A stretch of 64,000 bases of DNA, from the IMG/VR virus record IMGVR_UViG_3300022935_000005, positions 62,001 through 126,000 of that record; one strand, given 5' to 3'. Position numbers and translations under genes: made by a program. The notes under the pieces are model-generated. The model was not told where the DNA came from. It searched no databases and was given only the letters and a program-made list of their open reading frames with translations. Shown here piece after piece: positions 57,801 to 64,000 of this stretch (its first letter is position 1; each line of letters opens with the position of its first letter).

Positions 57801-58037
57801 CCTAACACTCCTGCGACCAGAGCTCGTTTCGTTAATTCTGTTACACCGCTCCTGGCTACCATACAGTCTCAGCAGGGTATTGAGTCTTTTAGAGTCGTGA
57901 TGGATGATACCAACAATACTCAGGAAGACGTTGAGAACAACAGACTGAACGGTCGCATTGTTGTGGTGCCAACAAGGGCTATCGAATTTATTGCTATAGA
58001 TTTTGTCATTACAAACAGTGGCGTAGACTTCCAGTAG
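54849..58037 (+). CDS. gp18: Tail sheath protein 1 (gp18-like)
   Basis: FRSPGFFEREID, GTAEKGPAFVP, PWFAPAGFNRG, LYDARINPI, FGQKT, ALDRVNVRRM, FEPN and EFIAIDF. Confidence 0.93.
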   Translation: MAEQTFRSPGFFEREIDASQRQTEIVGVPAGVVGTAEKGPAFVPVTVGSTADFVNKFGTVDPERFGPYAVDAFLSNRTALTYVRVLGAGANETAADITNTQNTGTVLNAGFKIEPIISDSPMSASDSSVQFIVARHDVSASADYSFPQFTDNPSFDPGNTGDKVDLVRAVVLTASGSRLQVLDIGETWGNELDQNADLKNDSSHAANLCFALAISSSAGAAFTNEYLDQAGAGVKIVTASLNPTHQSYITNVLNTDPLKFAEEKHLLYLDFAVEDELASVDVNAAPAVSVLSGSNNVVTTALTGNAAKALNAFGRFDTRFRTPKSPAIISQPYGKKEHDLFHFETLSDGEWGNDKVKITIANIKASTNDNYPYPSFEVQVRRFDDSDLDQQVLEAFPGCVLDPDSDNFIGKKVGDYKARYNFDATNAAEKRIIVTGRYPNVSNFVRVVLNDAVYNKTLPRDACPFGFRGVPVIKTSDAMTDRLHTGLELDGITYGQAGASLQRLWGADKLTTRYALTGSIVPPLPLRYKVTRGDAKDGWFSGFPGEKELVDKRLNWGVKYERCPETGSIANANQNVNASSVLNPLVRAYSKFQGLAEIGTILTGSGADAFNANKFTLARVVLAGTGSTASTLLDNLTGSAPEHMLEAAYIRNGVPDSKDYTIMDPDLSDYGRITLATLIQSSSVKFNRFTPYTAFNIPVFGGFDGVNILDKDMRYMNDRAASTDDTSSVDGQIGKAASGFSAGTIGLRSNPGGTGRKNNSIASYREAATIITDPMSTRINILAIPGIRDSYVTDWAAERTKDYSMAIYLMDIPAWSEAQARLFLTEDREAIASASIAWPDVRETAEQFESRVFDNNYSATYFPDVYITDKTTGSRVRVPASVAAIGALAYNDSVAYPWFAPAGFNRGGLDQVKNTDIRLTAGDRDTLYDARINPIANFADGSFVIFGQKTCQLAQSALDRVNVRRMMLELKRQVVSVADKILFEPNTPATRARFVNSVTPLLATIQSQQGIESFRVVMDDTNNTQEDVENNRLNGRIVVVPTRAIEFIAIDFVITNSGVDFQ

Positions 58038-58038
58038 T

Positions 58039-58045
58039 ATAGTTA
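58039..58045 (+). promoter_or_regulatory. Putative late promoter ATAGTTA (sheath 2)
   Basis: Lies in a 34-nt intergenic gap. Confidence 0.55.
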
Positions 58046-58071
58046 AGAAATGAAACAGGAGATTATCAGAA

Positions 58072-61000
58072 ATGGCTGAACTTACCTTTAAAAGTCCGGG
58101 AGTGTCCACTAGAGAGATTGATCTTTCTGGCCCAACCCAAACGGGACCGAGTGGAATTCCTGCTGGTGTAATCGGAACCGCCAAGCAAGGTAGAGCATTT
58201 GTTCCGATCACTGTCGCAACATTTGCCGACTTCATCGCGGAGTTCGGAGATGTAGAGACAACGCTCTTCGCTCCGATGGCAATGAGACAGTGGTTAAGTT
58301 ATGCAAATGCTGGAACTTTCGTTCGAACCCTTGGTGCTGGTGACGGAAAGAAGAGAACCGCAACCGGCGCAGTAACAAACGCTGGGTTCGTTGTTGGGTC
58401 GCAAACTATCCAAACAAACGGTGCTATCGGAAAGAACGGTTATGCTGGATCGACTACAATAAACCCCGGAGCTCTTGGTAGGGCGCACTTCCTGGGTGTC
58501 ATTATGTCTCAATCAAATGGCTCCGATGTGTTCACAGATGCTGGACTTCAAGCTGTACAACCGATTCTCAGAGGTGTTCTCCTGGCACCCTCTGGTGTCA
58601 ACCTTGCGTTGAGCTCTTCAAGATACGAGACCACCAATAACCTTCCGCTGGGTGCACCCACTGCGAACAACTACGCTGCAAATTTCGCGTTCGGCACCGG
58701 CGCGGCCCAAGATGCTGGTTCAACGCTTGGTGCTGTTAACATCGGAGGTGGTCGCCAAGAGTTCGTGATTTTACAGAATGGTCACACTCACACTGACAGC
58801 TATCCAACTGTCATTACAGCGTCTTTTGATGTTGATGCTCCAAATTACTTTGGTAACATTCTAAACACTGATCCTACGAAGACAGAGCTAGCAGGTCACT
58901 GTCTGTATGCTCAATTCAACGTTCCTCCCGCGTTTGCGGTATGCTCAGGCTCATTGCGGATGGTCTCGACCTACAGTGCGTCTTTCGACGGTGTTAAAGA
59001 GGGTGTCACAATAAAGAACGAAGAGATTGCATTCCTCCTGACCGGTTCAGCAGGCAGAAACACAGGGACTACAACGAAGCCGAACTTTGAAGCCTTTACA
59101 GACAGGTTCCGGACTGCAAAGTTCCCGACTATAATTTCACAGGAATTCGGTGGTCAAAACAAAGACTTATTTACCGTTCACTGTCTTGATGATGGAGCGA
59201 TTGGTAACCACCGAGTTAAGATCTCTGTTGAGAACATTGTCAAGTCAACGAACGTAAACAATAAGTACGGCACGTTCGATCTGCTCGTTAGAGATTTCTA
59301 CGATACCGATGCTGAGCCGAAAGTTTTGGAGCGGTTTGTTAAGTTAAGCCTTGATCCTAATAACGAACGGTACATTGCTAGAGTGATTGGTGACTACAAT
59401 ATCTTCTACGATTTTGACAAGCGTGCTGGTGGCCAGAAGCTTGTTGTAGAAGGAAGTTATCCGAATGCTTCGAATTACGTCAGAGTATCTCCGTCAGTAG
59501 ACATGGAGCGTGGCACACTTCCTGCAACTGCTTTACCGGTAGGTTTCCGAGGAGTACCTCACTTGGTGACGTCTGGATCATCTATATTCGCAGATCCAAC
59601 TGCTTATGATGTCACAAGCGTTCTTGATGATGCTGAAGTCGCCGCGCAGCTGGTCCAGCCCCCGGTTCCGATGAGAAGAACTGTCGCTCAAGGTCTTGCG
59701 CCAAGAAAGAGAGTTAACTCATCCCTATACTGGGGTATCCAGCACGAGAAGCTGCAGAGTGTGGCACAGCCCAACTCTTCGACCACACTGGACGCCTCAA
59801 TCGATTCATACGGATTGTACTTCCCGACTTGGGACGTTGTGAACCAAGCAGCAATGGTTGGAGCTAATCCTGGCGTTGCTGATAATGATGGAACAATCTA
59901 CGATTGTGATAGATTCAATAACAACAAGTTCTCACTTGAGAAAATTCAGGTCATCACCAATTCTAGTGACGAAGCCGATGCTCAACAGTGGGCCGCTGCT
60001 ACCTACAGAAGGAAGGGTCTCGCTGAGGCGACAATGAATGACATTGATGGTAGTTCGTCGTCATCTACACGACTGCTTAGCGTAGAGAAAGACTTTGGTC
60101 TCTCGACTGCTCGTCCGTTCCTTAAGTTCACCATGATCGCTCAAGGTGGCTTCGACGGTCTAGACGTCTTCAATGAAGAAAGGGTCAAGATGACCTCTCC
60201 AGCCGTCAGAAGAGAAATGACATATGAGAACCAAGGTCTCATTGCTGGACCTACTGTGGCGGCTTACAGGAAGGCTCTAGATGTTATGGCTGAGAGATCA
60301 GACGTAGACATCCAGTTGTTGGCGATTCCAGGCATTCGTCACAGCGGAGTTACTGATTACGCGATCACAACCGTCGAGAATAGATTTGATGCAATGTACA
60401 TCATGGATATCGAGGTTGAAGACGTTCTTGGTAATATCGTCTCCGGGTCCGATCAAGATGTCAGTGTTACAAACACTGCAGCAACTTTCGCGGCAAGAAA
60501 TCTAGATTCAAGCTTCGCGGCTGCATACTTCCCCGATGTTGTAATGACAGATCAAACATCAGGTGCTGCTTCTTCTGCTCCACCAAGTGTAGCGGTTCTT
60601 GGGGCTTTCGGTCTAAATGACCAAGTTGCCTTCCCATGGTACGCCCCCGCCGGCTTCACCCGCGGCGCTCTGAAGAACGTAGTAGAGACACAGGTCAAGT
60701 TGAACAGAACAAATCTTGATACTCTCTACGAAGTAGACATCAACCCGATTACGTCGTTCCCACAATCACCAGAGGTTGTCGTGTTCGGACAAAAGACTCT
60801 TCTAGCCGCCCAAAGTGCTCTAGACAGAGTTAACGTACGACGACTCTTGATTGATATCCGTCGGCAAGTTAGAAAGATTGGCGATACATTCTTGTTCGAG
60901 CCAAACAGGGAGTCCACGCTGGCAAGGTTCTCAGCAGCGGTTACTCCGGTCTTAACTAGAATTCAACAGCAACAAGGCCTTGAGCGGTTCAAGGTTCAGA

Positions 61001-61134
61001 TCGATACCACAACGACTACTCAAGCTGATATCGAAAACAACACTGTAAGAGGTAAGATCTTCTTGCAGCCAGTACGTTCTGTCGAGTTTATCTCACTCGA
61101 CTTTGTTGTAACGAACGCTGGTTTGGACATATAA
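58072..61134 (+). CDS. gp18: Tail sheath protein 2 (gp18-like paralog)
   Basis: FKSPGVSTREID, PWYAPAGFTRG, INPI, FGQKT, ALDRVNVRRL, FEPN and EFISLDF. Confidence 0.93.
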   Translation: MAELTFKSPGVSTREIDLSGPTQTGPSGIPAGVIGTAKQGRAFVPITVATFADFIAEFGDVETTLFAPMAMRQWLSYANAGTFVRTLGAGDGKKRTATGAVTNAGFVVGSQTIQTNGAIGKNGYAGSTTINPGALGRAHFLGVIMSQSNGSDVFTDAGLQAVQPILRGVLLAPSGVNLALSSSRYETTNNLPLGAPTANNYAANFAFGTGAAQDAGSTLGAVNIGGGRQEFVILQNGHTHTDSYPTVITASFDVDAPNYFGNILNTDPTKTELAGHCLYAQFNVPPAFAVCSGSLRMVSTYSASFDGVKEGVTIKNEEIAFLLTGSAGRNTGTTTKPNFEAFTDRFRTAKFPTIISQEFGGQNKDLFTVHCLDDGAIGNHRVKISVENIVKSTNVNNKYGTFDLLVRDFYDTDAEPKVLERFVKLSLDPNNERYIARVIGDYNIFYDFDKRAGGQKLVVEGSYPNASNYVRVSPSVDMERGTLPATALPVGFRGVPHLVTSGSSIFADPTAYDVTSVLDDAEVAAQLVQPPVPMRRTVAQGLAPRKRVNSSLYWGIQHEKLQSVAQPNSSTTLDASIDSYGLYFPTWDVVNQAAMVGANPGVADNDGTIYDCDRFNNNKFSLEKIQVITNSSDEADAQQWAAATYRRKGLAEATMNDIDGSSSSSTRLLSVEKDFGLSTARPFLKFTMIAQGGFDGLDVFNEERVKMTSPAVRREMTYENQGLIAGPTVAAYRKALDVMAERSDVDIQLLAIPGIRHSGVTDYAITTVENRFDAMYIMDIEVEDVLGNIVSGSDQDVSVTNTAATFAARNLDSSFAAAYFPDVVMTDQTSGAASSAPPSVAVLGAFGLNDQVAFPWYAPAGFTRGALKNVVETQVKLNRTNLDTLYEVDINPITSFPQSPEVVVFGQKTLLAAQSALDRVNVRRLLIDIRRQVRKIGDTFLFEPNRESTLARFSAAVTPVLTRIQQQQGLERFKVQIDTTTTTQADIENNTVRGKIFLQPVRSVEFISLDFVVTNAGLDI

Positions 61135-61146
61135 TCTGAGAACGAT

Positions 61147-61153
61147 ATAGTTA
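61147..61153 (+). promoter_or_regulatory. Putative late promoter ATAGTTA (tail tube)
   Basis: Lies in a 41-nt intergenic gap. Confidence 0.55.
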
Positions 61154-61175
61154 GTAATAACAAGGAGTAACAAAG

Positions 61176-61664
61176 ATGCCAGAGACACTATCAGTTACCG
61201 ACATGCTGCCGAACAAGTTTGAGCCGAAAAGAAAGTTTCGGTGGGTGTTCGCTATTGAGGGTATTGACGCATTTCTTATTAAGACGGCTGCCCGTCCTAC
61301 CATGAACACTGCCGAGATCGAAATTCCATATATGAACGGTCAAAGGTATATCGCTGGTAAGACGAAGTTTGACGCAGTTTCAGTGACCCTTCACGATCCA
61401 ATCGCTCCGTCAGGTGCGCAACAAGTTATGGAATGGGTCCGTACTCATTACGAATCTGTTTCTGGACGTGGTGGTTACGCGGATTTCTACAAGAGAGATT
61501 GTCAGCTTAAGCTTCTTGACCCTGTCGGGACAGTCGTAGAGCTTTGGGACATGAAGGGTTGTTTCCTAACGTCTGCCGGTTTTGGTGACTTGGATTACGG
61601 CTCAGAAGATCCTGCAGAAATCGCTCTTACGATCCGTTTCGATAACTGCGTCCTTCAGTACTAA
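61176..61664 (+). CDS. gp19: Tail tube protein (gp19-like)
   Basis: FEPKRKFRW, AARP, YIAGK, VMEW, YKRD...LLDP.G.VVE.W...G.F and LDY; follows the sheath genes. Confidence 0.9.
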   Translation: MPETLSVTDMLPNKFEPKRKFRWVFAIEGIDAFLIKTAARPTMNTAEIEIPYMNGQRYIAGKTKFDAVSVTLHDPIAPSGAQQVMEWVRTHYESVSGRGGYADFYKRDCQLKLLDPVGTVVELWDMKGCFLTSAGFGDLDYGSEDPAEIALTIRFDNCVLQY

Positions 61665-61706
61665 TAAACATCTAGTCTCAGATTGTTTGCTAAGCTTCGG
61701 CTTACG

Positions 61707-61740
61707 AAAAGCCCTCCTTTACGGTGGGCTTTTTTGTTTT
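61707..61740 (+). terminator. Intrinsic terminator after tail tube gene
   Basis: AAAAGCCC-TCC-TTTAC-GG-T-GGGCTTTTTT. Confidence 0.8.
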
Positions 61741-61757
61741 ATTTTTATAGGTGAACG

Positions 61758-61786
61758 TTTACACACACTTCGTACTTCTTTAAGAT
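61758..61786 (+). promoter_or_regulatory. Sigma70-like promoter upstream of tail assembly chaperone
   Basis: TTTACA (61758-63), 17-nt spacer, TAAGAT (61781-86). Confidence 0.55.
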
Positions 61787-61829
61787 GTTAATACGTAGTA
61801 TGTACGAATACGAATAACCGGAGCATTAA

Positions 61830-62669
61830 ATGTCAAACGAAAATGAAAGAAGCGAAATCTTTGGTTCCATGAAGGAACATATGCCTACCCATAACGTCAT
61901 GAGAGACGATTTTGGGTTTGAAGTCCCCGTTGAGACCGTTCCGCTCCCGTCTGGCGGTAAGTGCTATGACCAAGATCATCCGCTTCACGGAAAAGAGACG
62001 GTTGAGATTAGAGCAATGACTGCTAGAGAAGAGGATATTCTCACCTCAAAGGCGCTGATTAAGAAAGGTACTGTGATTAGCCATCTGATTAAGTCATGTA
62101 TGATCGACAAAAGAGTTGATCCTGACACACTTTTGGCAGGTGACAGAAACGCTTTGATGGTTGCGCTTAGAGTGACGGGCTACGGCGCAGAGTATAAGGT
62201 GGAAGTTGATTGCCCTGCGTGCAGCGAGAGATCAAAACATTCCTTCAATTTAGGTGAGCTGCCTATTAAGACTCTTGATCTAGATCCTATTGCTGAAGGT
62301 CAAAATGTTTTCGAGACTACGCTACCAGTTACTAAGGCTAAGATTAGGTTCAAGCTTCTAACAGGTCACGATGAGCAGGAGATTATGACGATCTCCGAAC
62401 GTCGTAAGAAACAAGGTCAAAGAGCAGAGAATCTTGTTACACAACGTTTAAAGTACGCCATTGTTTCAGCAAACGGTATTAATGATAAGACAAAGCTCGA
62501 TATGATGGTTAATAACCTCCCAGCTCGTGATTCGTTATTCTTGCGGAAGTTTATCGACAACAACGAGCCTGGCATTGAGATGAAGTCCTGGATGGATTGT
62601 CCTTCATGCCTTGAACATTCGGAGGTGAGGCTGCCTTTAGGCGCCGCGTTTTTTTGGCCTGACGAGTGA
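61830..62669 (+). CDS. Baseplate hub/tail assembly chaperone (T4 gp26-like)
   Basis: VPLPSGGKCY, IRAMTAREEDIL, GDRNALMVALR, CPAC...CPSC, ending FFWP. Lies between tube and tape measure genes. Confidence 0.8.
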   Translation: MSNENERSEIFGSMKEHMPTHNVMRDDFGFEVPVETVPLPSGGKCYDQDHPLHGKETVEIRAMTAREEDILTSKALIKKGTVISHLIKSCMIDKRVDPDTLLAGDRNALMVALRVTGYGAEYKVEVDCPACSERSKHSFNLGELPIKTLDLDPIAEGQNVFETTLPVTKAKIRFKLLTGHDEQEIMTISERRKKQGQRAENLVTQRLKYAIVSANGINDKTKLDMMVNNLPARDSLFLRKFIDNNEPGIEMKSWMDCPSCLEHSEVRLPLGAAFFWPDE

Positions 62670-62910
62670 GAATAAAGAAGTCTATCTAGAGCAGATCTTT
62701 AATCTTATGTATTATATGGGCTTCACGTATGTTGAAGCCTATAACATTCCTATTTGGGTTCGAATATGGATGATAACGAGGCTGAACAAAGAACTTAAGC
62801 GAGCGGGTGATGCTGGTTCTCGAGCCGCTCACCAGAATGATCCTGAGACTCGCGCTCTAATGAGTCGTCACAGGTCACAAGTACCGTCAAAATTGCGTAG
62901 ATTTACATAG
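62650..62910 (+). CDS. gp51-like / GT-type chaperone extension, probably expressed by frameshift from the upstream gene
   Basis: Frame is open from 62641 (after TAG at 62638): FFGLTSENKEVYLEQIFNLMYYMGFTYVEAYNIPIWVRIW. The ATG at 62707 has no SD. Confidence 0.65.
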   Translation, partial: FFGLTSENKEVYLEQIFNLMYYMGFTYVEAYNIPIWVRIWMITRLNKELKRAGDAGSRAAHQNDPETRALMSRHRSQVPSKLRRFT

Positions 62911-62922
62911 TTATAGAATGAG

Positions 62923-63177
62923 GTGAATGATATGCAAAGTGTTAACGATACATTTCTCAGAGATTGTGCTCTTTACGTCAAGGGTGAGATATCAGAAATC
63001 AAGCTAAAGGGTAACAAAGATGCTGTGAACCTTTTTGCGAAAGTTCTATCAGAGTCCCGGCGCTTTTATGTAGCCCTACAGTCTGGTGAGATGAAGGATG
63101 TCATACCACTTCTAGAGAGGAAGAGGGCCGCCTCTAGGGCCCTACGTAAAAAGACAGGTTATGTTTGGCCCCTATGA
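62923..63177 (+). CDS. Hypothetical protein
   Basis: ~82 aa. GAGGTG SD suggests the ATG at 62932 as start. Confidence 0.6.
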   Translation: MNDMQSVNDTFLRDCALYVKGEISEIKLKGNKDAVNLFAKVLSESRRFYVALQSGEMKDVIPLLERKRAASRALRKKTGYVWPL

Positions 63178-63207
63178 TCAAATAAAGGGCGCAGATTCTC
63201 GTTCGTT

Positions 63208-63214
63208 ATATTTA
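63208..63214 (+). promoter_or_regulatory. Putative late promoter ATATTTA (tape measure)
   Basis: Intergenic; another copy, ATAGTTA, is at 62907 before the 62923 gene. Confidence 0.5.
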
Positions 63215-63253
63215 ATGGTAAGGTAGCGTTAACGAGAAGTGTAAGAGCATAGC

Positions 63254-64000
63254 ATGGCTGATTCAAAAGAATTACAAACTCAACTACAGATTAATCAGCA
63301 GATCAACAAAGTTCTGGCTGACCGTGCTAAGCAGATGGACGCTCTATCTAAGCAGATAGGCGGCCAGGCGCAGCTTGCTAAAGAGCTGTGCAAAGCGATG
63401 GAGTGTCAAGATCTCGACGGTCTAGAAGACAGAATAGCTGGTCTATCTTCAACACTTAGCTCTGCTGCTGAGGAAGCTTCAAAGGCTGGTGGTGCCCTAG
63501 ACAAGATGGGCCAAGACGGCCAGAAGTCTACCGGCGGTCTCGGGGACACTCTCGGTAATATACTAAGTAAGTTTACACCGATGAAAGCCGCAGCTGTTGG
63601 TGCTGCATCTGGAATGATGAAGACATTCAGCCGTCTGCCAGGGATGTTCAGTATGATCTCTGGCGGGATCGGTAGCGTTGTTGGTGGCCTATTCAACGTC
63701 GGTAAGTCTATAGTCGGTATTCCGTTTCAGGTCTTGGGCGAGTTCACGAAAGCTGCTGCATCTACAACCGGCGGAGTCAATGAGCTTCGCCAAGCCATGG
63801 AAGAGCTTAAAGGCGAGATGGGCGACTTGTCGAAAGGCGAAGGCGCCGCCGTTATGGAAGGGTTTGACAACTTACGCTCTTCGTCATCGGCTTTAGCGCA
63901 ATCTGGTCTAAGCGTAAGCCAAGTTTTTGGATATGGCTCTGGTGGTGCCGCTGCCATGCTAAAGGCGGTTGGTGAGATAGCAAAAGCCGCAGGCCCTCAA
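63254..64000 (+). CDS. Tape measure protein, N-terminal part (3'-truncated; absent from ORF track)
   Basis: ATG at 63254, open to the window end: MADSKELQTQLQINQQINKVLADRAKQM... A/G/S-rich amphipathic helices; canonical position after the chaperone. Confidence 0.8.
   Translation, partial: MADSKELQTQLQINQQINKVLADRAKQMDALSKQIGGQAQLAKELCKAMECQDLDGLEDRIAGLSSTLSSAAEEASKAGGALDKMGQDGQKSTGGLGDTLGNILSKFTPMKAAAVGAASGMMKTFSRLPGMFSMISGGIGSVVGGLFNVGKSIVGIPFQVLGEFTKAAASTTGGVNELRQAMEELKGEMGDLSKGEGAAVMEGFDNLRSSSSALAQSGLSVSQVFGYGSGGAAAMLKAVGEIAKAAGPQ

Noticed and set aside
54849-61664. Two sheath genes as evidence of a bacterial eCIS/tailocin locus
   Set aside because: Terminase, portal, protease, scaffold, capsid and neck genes are contiguous, so this is a complete phage morphogenesis module.
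1169-63957. Numerous minus-strand and short alternative-frame ORFs in the track
   Set aside because: All overlap long, motif-bearing + strand genes, and none shows recognisable motifs. They are shadow ORFs expected from codon bias.
1-64000. Stop-codon reassignment as seen in some large phages
   Set aside because: Conserved genes are full length under the standard code, coding density is high, and TAA, TAG and TGA all terminate genes at sensible positions.
1-64000. Host assignment
   Set aside because: Strong AGGAGG-type SD use argues weakly against Bacteroidota, but nothing in the window identifies the host.

Overview
This window is a 64-kb segment of a large lytic myovirus (T4-superfamily-like, probably jumbo) genome, and every credible gene lies on the + strand. 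It covers the virion morphogenesis region in this order: (i) baseplate/LamG proteins and very large Ser/Thr/Gly-rich fibre proteins (1-35034); (ii) an embedded RuvC-like resolvase, primase and Mre11-Rad50 (gp47-gp46) fusion cassette; (iii) terminase, portal, prohead protease, putative core proteins, scaffold and gp23-like major capsid; (iv) gp13/14/15-like neck proteins, two tandem ~1000-aa tail sheath genes, tail tube, tail assembly chaperone, and the start of a tape measure gene that the ORF track missed (63254 to the window end). Sequence-level signals read directly: a likely programmed +1/-2 frameshift at a T7 run in the tail chaperone gene, a recurring intergenic ATA[GCT]TTA late-promoter-like motif, an AU-rich cUUCGg hairpin placed immediately before each of three intrinsic terminators, an anti-Shine-Dalgarno switch upstream of the neck gene, and enrichment of the [ST]GS tripeptide in virion proteins. 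All functional calls come from motif recognition and synteny; no database searches were run. No tRNA, rRNA, CRISPR array, integrase or transposase was recognised.
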